A stretch of 64,000 nucleotides of DNA from Promethearchaeota archaeon Loki_b31 (GCA_005222975.1 NJBI01000005.1:63447-127446); one strand, 5' to 3'. Positions 32,121 to 41,450 are shown, counted from the first letter of the stretch. Numbers and translations: made by a program. Notes: generated by a model not told the origin, from the sequence alone.

Positions 32121-34340
32121 TTATATTCTTTTTTCAATTATCGGAAGAAAAATAGAAAAAGTTGATCCTTTACCATAATCGCTTTGAGCCCATACTTCGC
32201 CACCATGAAGTTTTAATAGCTCTTTCGCTATAGATAATCCTAAACCCGTACCAGGAATATCGCTTACTTGTTCAGATCTAAAAAATCTTTCAAAAATAGA
32301 TGGTAAATCTTCTTCCAAAATTCCTACTCCATAGTCTTTAATCTGAAATAAAACACCGTCTTTTTCATCTATGTTGTATTTCCCCTTGTAATAATTAATA
32401 GCTCTAATGTCTATTTTATTACTCTCCTTTGAATATTTCATGGCGTTATCGATAAAAATACGAAATATTTGGTCAATTTTTGTTGAATCCCCATATAATT
32501 TAATATTTTTATCTATCTCTACGCTAAAAGTAATATTTTTCGCATTTCCAATAGGCTCCATTAAAGTTAATATGTTACCAATAATCGTAAGTGGATTATA
32601 TTCTTCCCACTTTAATTTCACTTTACGCTCGTCTATTCTTGATATCACTAAAAGATCTTCAACTAATTCTTTTAAAAGATAAATGTTTCTTTTGATTCCT
32701 TCCTGCAATTTTTTATTTAAATCTGGAGTAACTTTTTCAGAATGATTATCTAAAAAATCAAGCGACATAATTAAAATCGAAATTGGTGTTCTTAATTCAT
32801 GTGATACCGTTGAAACAAAACGTTCCAAGCTTTCCTCAGCTTCTTTCCGAGCTGTTATATTCATACCGTATATATTTGCATATCCCCTATCTTTCATTGG
32901 TACAATGAAAAGAGAATAAATTTTATCTTTAATATTCAACTCTATTTCTAAATTTAGGTTCTCAGAAAAGGAGTTATTGATGTATTCCTGTAAAAACTTA
33001 GGAATTTTACTCCCTTCTCCGATTAAGAATAGCTCTTGACTCACTTTATTTGCTAAAATAACATATTTGTTACTTACTCTTAATGTGGGATTAGGATTTT
33101 CCAATGGAAACCTTGCCATATCCGCAATTTTTTCTTGCGCGATCTTTCGCTCAGTAATATTAGTGTAATTTTGTATAATTCCAATGAATTCGCCATTTAT
33201 GTTTTTATAAGGAACTGCTCTTACAAGATTAATAACCTTAGTACCGTCATCGAATTTTGTAACTAATTCATATTCATAATGGTCTTTTCCTTCTCGTATT
33301 TGATTCCTTGAACATATTTCGGTATGACATCGATTTTCGCACCCCACTTGAAGGTCGTAACATTTTTTACCTATAAGGTCTTCTTTGGATAAGCGGAAAA
33401 GAGAAGCGTATGTCTCGTTAACGCGCAAGATTTCGCAGTCATTACTGATCACCCTTAATGGTAGAGATGCGTTGAACATTTGGTTAAATTCAGAGTTCGC
33501 TTGTTCTAATTGGTTCGCTTTTTCAATCGAAGATTCCTCGCTCAACTTCAACTTCCTAAATAATAAATCAAAGGGGGTTTCTATGCCCAATTTGATTATT
33601 GCCTTGTAGACAAAGAAAAAGGCAATGATTTTAAAAATGTGACCAATTAAATTTGAGAAGCCAAATACACTAATATAGAAAGTAAACGCCAATTCTGAAA
33701 TCATTGTAGCAATAATGGATATTACAATTAAAAGAAATATTTCCTGAGCAAACTCGTCTTTATGCTTGTATAACACTATTAGTGTAACGAAAAGAATTGT
33801 ATCAATTGCGTATTCACTAATTATTTTAAAAGGAGTTAGCCCCGAACCTTCGATATAACATACAGGGAAGAAACCCTGAAATATGGTGGTTAATAAAATA
33901 ATAATTATAATGATATAGCTTGCGAATAAATAATTAGCTTTAATCTTTTTTTTAATGACCATAGTAGCAAATAAATAGGAGAGTGCTTGCCAATATCGGG
34001 CTACAATCCACAATTGCGTCGGAAGATTCGCGTCAAATTCAAGGAATACGCCCATTCCTGAGTAAGCTAAAGTGTGAATTAAATCTATTATACTTATGAA
34101 GAGAAAAGAAACACCTAATACCAAAAAGAAGGAGCTATTCATGTATTTTCTTGAGTGCCAGCCAATAAGAAAAACACCTCCTGAAATAACAATACTGATT
34201 ACTTCTATAATCGAATGAAAAAGCAAGAAACTGTAGAGACTTGCTAAATAAGTAAGAAGTAACCCTACTATCAGTATTATATACTCGATTGAATCACGCC
34301 GAATTATCGATGCTTCTGAATCGTTCTCTTTGTTAAGCAA
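32121..34340 (-). CDS. Membrane sensor histidine kinase (MASE3-like TM domain, PAS, HisKA, HATPase)
   Basis: LLFHSIIE, DLIHTLAYSGMGVF..NLPTQLW..AR (MASE3-like); SHELRTP; DNAMKY; GTGLGL. Confidence 0.9.
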   Translation of the reverse strand: MLNKENDSEASIIRRDSIEYIILIVGLLLTYLASLYSFLLFHSIIEVISIVISGGVFLIGWHSRKYMNSSFFLVLGVSFLFISIIDLIHTLAYSGMGVFLEFDANLPTQLWIVARYWQALSYLFATMVIKKKIKANYLFASYIIIIIILLTTIFQGFFPVCYIEGSGLTPFKIISEYAIDTILFVTLIVLYKHKDEFAQEIFLLIVISIIATMISELAFTFYISVFGFSNLIGHIFKIIAFFFVYKAIIKLGIETPFDLLFRKLKLSEESSIEKANQLEQANSEFNQMFNASLPLRVISNDCEILRVNETYASLFRLSKEDLIGKKCYDLQVGCENRCHTEICSRNQIREGKDHYEYELVTKFDDGTKVINLVRAVPYKNINGEFIGIIQNYTNITERKIAQEKIADMARFPLENPNPTLRVSNKYVILANKVSQELFLIGEGSKIPKFLQEYINNSFSENLNLEIELNIKDKIYSLFIVPMKDRGYANIYGMNITARKEAEESLERFVSTVSHELRTPISILIMSLDFLDNHSEKVTPDLNKKLQEGIKRNIYLLKELVEDLLVISRIDERKVKLKWEEYNPLTIIGNILTLMEPIGNAKNITFSVEIDKNIKLYGDSTKIDQIFRIFIDNAMKYSKESNKIDIRAINYYKGKYNIDEKDGVLFQIKDYGVGILEEDLPSIFERFFRSEQVSDIPGTGLGLSIAKELLKLHGGEVWAQSDYGKGSTFSIFLPIIEKRI

Positions 34341-34372
34341 AATATATCCCTTCCTTTTCTTATTTTTTTATT

Positions 34373-34924
34373 TTATATACCCAATTTTTGAAAAACAGTA
34401 TAAATCGAAGTTTTGAAAATCTGGTAAATAAAATCGTTTGGAATTAATTCTTTTATATCTCTGATTAAATCAGGAAACACTTTGTCGCTAAATTCTTTAT
34501 TTGGGAATTCCAAATCTGGATCGTATTTATGTAAAAATATAGAAAAATCAGTATTTACCTTATGTTTCCTTAATAGGATAACGATTTTATCTAAGTAGTC
34601 TAACGAAATATCAAACCGCTCCTGATCTTGGATGTCCAAAACGTAAATAAACTTATTAGTTTCTTTTATGTGGGTTTGAAAGTCGTTTAAATAACCCTCT
34701 CGAAATTGTTCTTGACCACCGAAATCCCAGATGCTATATTCTGAGCCTAACGCTTGGAATTTATTGATCTTAAACCCTCTCGTAGGATTTAGCGAGGAAA
34801 ACGACGAAAGTTTCTTCACTCCCTTCAAACATAATACGATAGATGTTTTACCGGAATTATCTAACCCCATGATTAATACTTTTTTTGCGTTAATTGTTGT
34901 GTTTTCTCTCATTGCTGTATTCAT
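34373..34924 (-). CDS. Small GTPase, Rag/Gtr-like (stand-alone G domain)
   Basis: G1 GLDNSGKTS, G2 PT, G3 WDFGGQ, G4 HKYD, G5 TSIY; HKxD and TSI(Y/W) are Rag-family hallmarks. Confidence 0.85.
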   Translation of the reverse strand: MNTAMRENTTINAKKVLIMGLDNSGKTSIVLCLKGVKKLSSFSSLNPTRGFKINKFQALGSEYSIWDFGGQEQFREGYLNDFQTHIKETNKFIYVLDIQDQERFDISLDYLDKIVILLRKHKVNTDFSIFLHKYDPDLEFPNKEFSDKVFPDLIRDIKELIPNDFIYQIFKTSIYTVFQKLGI

Positions 34925-34951
34925 TTAAATAAGGGATTAAAAATAGATTAT

Positions 34952-35287
34952 TCATGATAATGTATCTATAATGTCTAAATCTCTCAAGTCTTTGAGTTTT
35001 TCTTGATTAATTTTCACAACAAAAGATTTAATTTCTTCTAGGAGCTTAAAGACATTAGGATTCTTAATTTTATAGGATTTAACATTATTAATTTTATCAA
35101 AAATAATGAGATTTTTGTTACTTAGAGCCTTTAAGTGTTGAGAAATCGTAGATTGAGACTTGTCTAAGGTTGTTTGAATTTCAGAAGAAGTCTTTTTCTC
35201 TTCTCGTAATAAGCCTAGTATATCCAATCGAGTCTGATCTGCTAAAACTCTTAAAAACTCAATAAAATCTATTTTACTTTCACTCAT
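34952..35287 (-). CDS. ArsR-family winged-helix transcriptional regulator
   Basis: LADQTRLDIL, SQSTISQHLKAL. Confidence 0.9.
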   Translation of the reverse strand: MSESKIDFIEFLRVLADQTRLDILGLLREEKKTSSEIQTTLDKSQSTISQHLKALSNKNLIIFDKINNVKSYKIKNPNVFKLLEEIKSFVVKINQEKLKDLRDLDIIDTLS

Positions 35288-35452
35288 TTAATAATATCCT
35301 ATTGTATTTTAGGTATATTGATTTTAATCGCTTTTAAAGATATTTTTAATGATTTATTAATATTAATTAAAAATTTATTAATAAATCATCGTAACATTTA
35401 TATATCGGCATATCGTTATTAATGAATATAAGTAAAAAATTAATAATTTAAG

Positions 35453-35980
35453 ATGGAGATAATGGAAAGTCAAGTTTTTAAAATCGACGATATAGACAAG
35501 AGTATAATTGAGTTAATTCAAAAGGAACCTACGCTTACTCATACAGAAATCGCAAAAAGAGTTGATCGGAGCCAACCCACAATTGGAATGAGGATTCGGA
35601 AACTTGAAAAAGCGGGAGTCTTAAAATTTCAAGCGGGAATAAATGTTAAAACCATGGATTTAATCCTTGCACGAGTTGAAATTCAAACTTTAGAACCAAA
35701 CGAAACCATAGAATTAGTTAAACGATGTCCATACATGCTAAACGCATTTCGATTGAGTGGCACTTTTAACCTCAGTGTTCTTGTAATAGGTTCTAAACTA
35801 GCTCATATTGATGAGATGGTTAATAGCCATTTTAGAAAGAATCCTAACGTCTCTTCGGTTTATATGGATATAATTACCGATGTTACAAACGATTTTGTAT
35901 TACCATTTGATTTTAATTTCGAAAGTTGTAGTTTAAATTCAAATTCAAATGGTCAATGTTGTGGAAAATGTTTTAAATAG
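35453..35980 (+). CDS. Lrp/AsnC-family transcriptional regulator with Cys-rich tail
   Basis: IDDIDKSII..., EIAKRV..SQPT...RIRKL, SGTFNL; C-terminal CCGKC. Confidence 0.88.
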   Translation: MEIMESQVFKIDDIDKSIIELIQKEPTLTHTEIAKRVDRSQPTIGMRIRKLEKAGVLKFQAGINVKTMDLILARVEIQTLEPNETIELVKRCPYMLNAFRLSGTFNLSVLVIGSKLAHIDEMVNSHFRKNPNVSSVYMDIITDVTNDFVLPFDFNFESCSLNSNSNGQCCGKCFK

Positions 35981-36155
35981 CCAATTTGATCTAAATTTTT
36001 TTATATAATTTCTAGGTTTAATATGTTAGAACAAACTTTTTTATTACATTAAATATCCATAAAATATAAATCGAAAATCTACAAGACTATTTAAGAATAA
36101 AAGTTCAATTGATTTAATGAAATCTTAAAATAATGAATTATTAGAGATATATACT

Positions 36156-37415
36156 TTGAATATCAATGGAAAACAATTTGAAGAAGGTTATATTTCAAAA
36201 ATAATTGAGCTATTAAACCATAATATTATAGGTAAGACCTCTGCTAGAGCAGTTTCTTTACATATGGGTCTGAATCGTAATTATCTCTCTGATAAACAAC
36301 TAAGAGAAGGAAAATATGAGCAATATAATAAATTTTTTGCTTTAGCTACTAATTTTCTTTTACTTAATCGGTTTGATTTAAATTTTAGGTCTGATACCCA
36401 TTATAAGAAGTTCATAGCTGAAACTATAGAAATTATTTTTCAGGAAATGGTCAGAAAAGGTATCTACTCTGAAGATGAGGTTTTAACTATTCAAAAGACA
36501 CAATTTAAAGCTTTAATATATACACTTTATGCAATTACTAAAGCTAAGACAAACAAATATTCACAGATTAGACTTGATGAATTAAAATCTGGGAAAACAA
36601 AAAAGTTCTTATACACATGGAATAAGCTTAGTTATGACATCGGGGGAGTAGAGACACTTTCTCAAACTCTTAAACATGAGACGGTTGTCGCACCTGAAAA
36701 AATTGCTCTAATCAAATCAATCTTAGAGAATTCTACACCATTTGCTTTTGAAGAATGCACGCATGCTATGGATCTAATCGAAGAGATCCCAAGATTAAGA
36801 TATAGCGATCGCGCTTCATATATAGGGTCAGTATCTCACTCAGTTTTGGAAAATTTCTTCAGAGAAATGTGGTTAAATATAAATATTCTCTCTCGACATG
36901 AAGTTGAATCTAATAAACCTAGAAGTAATCATAGAATAGATAGTTTATTAGAGATTAAAACGCAAATACAGTTAAAAGACTTATTAGAAATTTCCTTAAA
37001 CATTGATCTGGGAAATTATGAGAAAATGTTCATTGATTATACTATACCATCATTAATCTCTTTAAAACAATTAGGAGGTGTCCTAAGCAAATTAAGTCCA
37101 GATAAGCATTATCTTGCACATGATCGCTTACTGATTATTGTTTTCTATGGATATTATAATAATAAAGTTTTCGAAGCCCTTCAAGATCTACTTAATGATT
37201 TAAATATTCCTTTTAAAAGTAATATTCGATTTATGGATCTCATTGATTTTGCTAAATTGTTTAATTTTAATGCAGAGAATATTCAGATGTTAGAGCATAT
37301 CAATCAGATAATTCAAAAAGCCTTTTTGGGGAACGATGAAGCGTTAAATACTCTAGAAGAACTGTCTAATTCTGCTTTATATAAGCTAAGAAAAGCTGAT
37401 AAAAGAAAGAGTTGA
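36156..37415 (+). CDS. Hypothetical protein, possible PD-(D/E)XK-like nuclease domain in C-terminal half
   Basis: 419 aa; G..SH..LE helix, HE, RID, IDYT spacing resembles restriction-endonuclease folds; weak. Confidence 0.45.
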   Translation: MNINGKQFEEGYISKIIELLNHNIIGKTSARAVSLHMGLNRNYLSDKQLREGKYEQYNKFFALATNFLLLNRFDLNFRSDTHYKKFIAETIEIIFQEMVRKGIYSEDEVLTIQKTQFKALIYTLYAITKAKTNKYSQIRLDELKSGKTKKFLYTWNKLSYDIGGVETLSQTLKHETVVAPEKIALIKSILENSTPFAFEECTHAMDLIEEIPRLRYSDRASYIGSVSHSVLENFFREMWLNINILSRHEVESNKPRSNHRIDSLLEIKTQIQLKDLLEISLNIDLGNYEKMFIDYTIPSLISLKQLGGVLSKLSPDKHYLAHDRLLIIVFYGYYNNKVFEALQDLLNDLNIPFKSNIRFMDLIDFAKLFNFNAENIQMLEHINQIIQKAFLGNDEALNTLEELSNSALYKLRKADKRKS

Positions 37416-37542
37416 TAATTACCAAAAAAGTTTTATATCAGAATTAATTTTTTCTTTCTTTAAGCATTTATTAGAACTAAATATTTAAGTGATAAAGGCT
37501 TTTTGATGTGATAAGGAATAAAGAATTATAAATTTAGCCAGC

Positions 37543-37653
37543 GCCAGCGTATAAAACTTATCATTCAAGATGAGTTTGCGCAACCGAGTAGTAAGGAGGC
37601 GGCCTGCAGAGCCGTTGCTTTCAGCATCATGGGTGCAAATCCCATCGCTGGCT
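37543..37653 (+). tRNA. tRNA-Cys (GCA) with a 31-nt intron at position 10/11 and a 13-nt variable arm
   Basis: After removing 37553-37583: acceptor GCCAGCG/CGCTGGC, T8 A9, D stem TCCG/AGGA, anticodon arm GCGGC-CTGCAGA-GCCGT (GCA 37606-37608), T arm ATGGG-TGCAAAT-CCCAT, discriminator U73; CCA not encoded; directly upstream of cysS. Confidence 0.9.
37553..37583 (+). other. Archaeal tRNA intron with relaxed bulge-helix-bulge (HBh') motif
   Basis: Central helix GCGT(37547-50)/GCGC(37578-81), bulges AT^A and AA^C, internal hairpin AAACTTATC/GATGAGTTT. Confidence 0.82.
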
Positions 37654-37706
37654 CTTATATTCCTCATATCACTAATAATGCGCTCATTTAAGGTGTATAA
37701 AATATC

Positions 37707-39149
37707 GTGAAAGTTTATAATAGCTTAACATTTAAAAAGGAAGAATTTAAGCCAATCGAACCCGGAAAAGTCAAAATGTACGTTTGCGGAGTTACCGTAT
37801 ATGGAAGTCCACATCTAGGCCACGCAAAGTCCGCAGTCGCTTTTGATTTAATTCACAGATATTTAAAATTTAAGGGCTATAAAGTTAATATAGTTAAAAA
37901 TTATACTGATATTGACGATAAAATAATTAAGAGTTCTAAAGAAAGAAACATTGATTTCAGGACTTTAAGCAATCAATATATCGCTGAATATGAGGAAATC
38001 ATGGAAATGCTCAATGTCGAGCATAATACACGAAATCCACGCGCAACCGAAGTAATAGATTTTATAATTAATTTTATTAAAGAATTGATTTCTAAGGGAC
38101 ACGCTTACGAGAAAAATGGATCCGTGTACTTTTCAGTTAAATCATTTCCGGGATATAGTTCCATTCTTCAAAAAAGTAAAGATGAAGGAAAGGAAAGCGA
38201 AGAAGAAGATTACACTGTGGATCAAGATACTGCATTTGGAGAAGATAAGTTAGATAGTCGAGATTTTGCGTTGTGGAAAAAAATGAAAGAAGGAGAGCCT
38301 TTTTGGGAAAGCCCTTGGGGTGAAGGGCGTCCTGGATGGCACATTGAATGTTCTGCTATGATCTTGAACTTTTTAGGAGAAACAATTGACATACACGGGG
38401 GCGGTCAAGACTTGAAATTTCCACACCACAGGAACGAAATCGCGCAATCAGAGTCTTATACTGGTAAAAAAATTGCGAATTATTTCCTTCATAACGGTTA
38501 TGTTAATGTAAAAGATGAAAAGATGTCTAAAAGTCTAGGAAATTTTTTTATAGTAGCAGATATTGCCAAGCAGTACGACCCAATGATTATTCGTTGGTAT
38601 CTGATATCGAGTCATTATCGAAGTTCAAATAATTATACTATTGAAAGCATGGAGCAAGCTAAAAATATTTACAACAGATTAATAAACACGATTAAAAAAG
38701 TGAACGATACTGAATTTGCTGAAGCGAAATCAAAGCAACTTAACGACTTAATTGCAAAAATCGAAAATGCAGAAAATAAAATTATTGACGCTATGGAAGA
38801 TGATTTTGACACACCTGTAGCTTTGGCAGAGTTGTTGACGCTGTTTAGAGAGATTAACAAAGCTATACTACAAGATGGCTTGAAAATAAACCAAGAATTT
38901 AAGAATCGATTTTTCGAATTTATAGAATTCAATGAAAAGATTTTCGGAATTTTTCCATCTTTAAACGCTAAAATGACACCTTTCTCGTTTGAAAGCATGG
39001 ATGAGAAAGATAAACTCATTAAAAGCCTCGTTAATTTAATAATTGAAATGCGCACTAAATTAAGAGATAAAAAAATCTACGATTTAAGCGATGTAATACG
39101 CGAACGGTTAAGAGAATTAGGTATCGATATCGAAGATAAAAAGACATAA
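37707..39149 (+). CDS. cysS: Cysteine--tRNA ligase
   Basis: YVCGVTVY, HLGH, DFALWK, GRPGWHIECSAM, DIHGGG, KMSKS. Confidence 0.96.
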   Translation: MKVYNSLTFKKEEFKPIEPGKVKMYVCGVTVYGSPHLGHAKSAVAFDLIHRYLKFKGYKVNIVKNYTDIDDKIIKSSKERNIDFRTLSNQYIAEYEEIMEMLNVEHNTRNPRATEVIDFIINFIKELISKGHAYEKNGSVYFSVKSFPGYSSILQKSKDEGKESEEEDYTVDQDTAFGEDKLDSRDFALWKKMKEGEPFWESPWGEGRPGWHIECSAMILNFLGETIDIHGGGQDLKFPHHRNEIAQSESYTGKKIANYFLHNGYVNVKDEKMSKSLGNFFIVADIAKQYDPMIIRWYLISSHYRSSNNYTIESMEQAKNIYNRLINTIKKVNDTEFAEAKSKQLNDLIAKIENAENKIIDAMEDDFDTPVALAELLTLFREINKAILQDGLKINQEFKNRFFEFIEFNEKIFGIFPSLNAKMTPFSFESMDEKDKLIKSLVNLIIEMRTKLRDKKIYDLSDVIRERLRELGIDIEDKKT

Positions 39150-39174
39150 TTATAATTTAATTTTTTTTAAAAAT

Positions 39175-39968
39175 ATGAAGCGATTTAAAATTTTATTTTT
39201 TACTCCTCATATCGACGACATCGAATTTGGCGTGCCGTTTACATTTTTAGAATCGTTAAGGTTAGGAAATGAAGTTGTAGAAGTGCTGATGACTAATTGT
39301 GAATTTGGAACGCACCGCATTGAATTCAAGGGGGCTCGTTTAAAAAGAATTCGAACTAGAGAATTAGAAAATGCAAATAATGTGTATGCTAAATACACTA
39401 AAAACCATGTTCGAGTTTTAAAAGTAGGTTATATCGATGGGTACCTTCCAATGAATAAATCGGCATTGAATAAAGTTGTAGACATAATTCGTACTGAAAA
39501 ACCTGATATTATGTTCGCACCAGACCCTTGGTATGCTCTTGATTATCACCCAGATCACATAAACACTGGTAGATTGCCTTTTTTTGCTCTTAAGAAGCTA
39601 AACGAAAACGAGCTACCTACTCGTGTTTTTTATTACTACTCTTTCAAGCCAAATTTCAAATTAAAATGCAGATGGAAAGACATCCAAATCATCATTGAAG
39701 CATTGTCTCAGCATAGAAGCCAAGTAACTCCATTAAGCGCTAAATTAATAAGAATTTTTCGAAAAATCATATTCTTAAGAAGATTTTTTAGTACAGCCAC
39801 TTCACAGAAAATTTTCGGGAGCAAATATTTAGCGACAGATACCCCGAATTTCCAAAGAAGCATAATTTTTTGGACAATATAAAATATCTATTTTTTACGA
39901 GAATGACTGTACCTGGATATGAAAAATTTCATAACATAACACCAGAAGAATTAGGGTTAAGAAAGTAA
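39175..39968 (+). pseudogene. PIG-L/LmbE-family deacetylase with a frameshift near 39790
   Basis: PHIDDIE, R..E, HPDH motifs; -1 frame continues YSHFTENFRE...ELGLRK* to 39968, fitting the family C-terminal E.FR motif; one base apparently lost after TTTTTT. Confidence 0.75.
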
Positions 39969-39986
39969 ATATACGAAATTTTGGCG

Positions 39987-40391
39987 TTAAATATGGGGCG
40001 TACTACTTACTATTTTGTCGCCCTCTTCTAGTTGTTTGTAATGCTTATACAGGATTGGCGCGAGCTTAACGTCTTTTGTAGTAGACACACTTAAAACTCT
40101 ATCTTCCCCGGCATGTAAAATCAATAGGTATCCCTTACTTCCTTTTATGTACGATTGTTCAAATTCGCCAAGACCCATTTCTCCAATAGCTCGTTCGCTC
40201 AATGAACAAAGTGCCGCAGTCATGGCTGCTAATCGCATATCATCTGCACTTGAGGGTAGTATAGAGGCGAGTGGTTGACCGGTATCCGCCGTAAGCTGCG
40301 CTGCTTTCACACCCTCGACATTATCCATAATATCTTTTAACAAGTCTTCAAGCGAAGTTTTAAACTCCCGCCTTTTCTTTAACCCTTTCAT
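39987..40391 (-). CDS. Roadblock/LC7 domain protein
   Basis: V.GV.AA.L...GQPLAS, LAAMTAALCSLSER, YIKG..GYLL. Confidence 0.9.
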   Translation of the reverse strand: MKGLKKRREFKTSLEDLLKDIMDNVEGVKAAQLTADTGQPLASILPSSADDMRLAAMTAALCSLSERAIGEMGLGEFEQSYIKGSKGYLLILHAGEDRVLSVSTTKDVKLAPILYKHYKQLEEGDKIVSSTPHI

Positions 40392-40559
40392 TGAACTTGA
40401 CGTTTACTCAATAATTATGCGATTATATTTTCGAAATAGCTTTACTGCTTAAAAAAGAGCCTTTATAATATAAATTTTAGCACATGTTCTTAATATCTAC
40501 CTAATATATGTTCTTATAATATACATTAAAAAGAAGAAAAATAAAGAAATTTTTTTTGT

Positions 40560-41357
40560 TTATTTCAGTTTAACTGAATTTATCAATTTTTTTTTCCTTT
40601 CAATAAGAATAATCCCTAAACTTATTGCTGTTATTAGAGAGTATATCGAGAATCCTGGAATAATACCACCATTAGGAGTTTCCGGAGTTTCCGGAGTTTC
40701 CGGAGTGTAGGTGAGAGTCCAGATGTAGCGTTCAATATACATTGTCACATCAATAGTATTATTGATTGCTACCATCTCGTCGAAAATATAACTTAAAACC
40801 TTATCAGAATTAAATCTAATATTTCCAGTGTAAATGTAAGTTTCGTCTCCGTCAATATAGGTACCTGTTAAAGAAAAATTATTTGTCGGAGCCTCTCCAA
40901 AGGTAAGCCATGAATTATCAGCAAGATCTTGTAAATCAGGTTTTGTAGTTTGGTCAATTTCAGTGTTGCAGACTAAATAAACATGGACAGGATAAGGACC
41001 TGAAGTATCAATAATCTCCGTAACCCAACTCTGGCTAGGAGTACCAAAGTAATATGTTGCATGACTTAATTCACCATCATAAACTGTTCCATTGTTATTT
41101 ATGGTTCCATTTAAGTATTCCGCCCCAGAAAGCCCAGCCCAATTCGTAAAATCAAATTCTAAAAAATAATTGTGAGTATATTCAAGATTATTTCCGAGTC
41201 CCAATCCATCTTTCATAAAGTAATATTTTGTAGCGTCCCATCTAAATTGTGCTCCAGGATCAACTGAATATTGGTTTGCTGCTAATGCAGGTCTAATCGA
41301 AACTTAAAGCGTTAAACTGATTAATAGTAGAGAAAACTTTAATTTTGAATTCTTCAT
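40560..41357 (-). pseudogene. Secreted/surface protein with IPGF-TM-basic C-terminal anchor, TAA stop inside the signal peptide
   Basis: In frame from ATG 41357: MKNSKLKFSLLLISLTL*VSIRPALAANQYSV...; TAA at 41304-41306; C-terminus TPETPETPN-GGIIPGF-hydrophobic-RKKK. Confidence 0.75.
40675..40706. repeat. 9-bp tandem repeat (GGAGTTTCC x3.5) encoding a TPE linker
   Basis: Seen directly; in frame in the surface-protein gene. Confidence 0.85.
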
Positions 41358-41450
41358 ATAAAATACCTTTTATAAATTTGAGCAACAATAAGATAGAAAT
41401 TCTATTATTTAATCCTATTTAAAATTATTATTGAATGAATACATATAATC

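Noticed and set aside
37543-37653. Possible tRNA-Sec because of the long variable arm and a selenoprotein in the window
   Set aside because: Anticodon is GCA, acceptor/T stems are 7/5 and the discriminator is U73, all indicating tRNA-Cys
37485-37667. 60-aa minus-strand ORF in the track
   Set aside because: Antisense to the tRNA gene; no protein features
39781-39795. Programmed -1 frameshift at TTTTTTA in the deacetylase
   Set aside because: The heptamer is not in the right phase and the -1 frame has TAG immediately after the run; a single-base deletion explains it better
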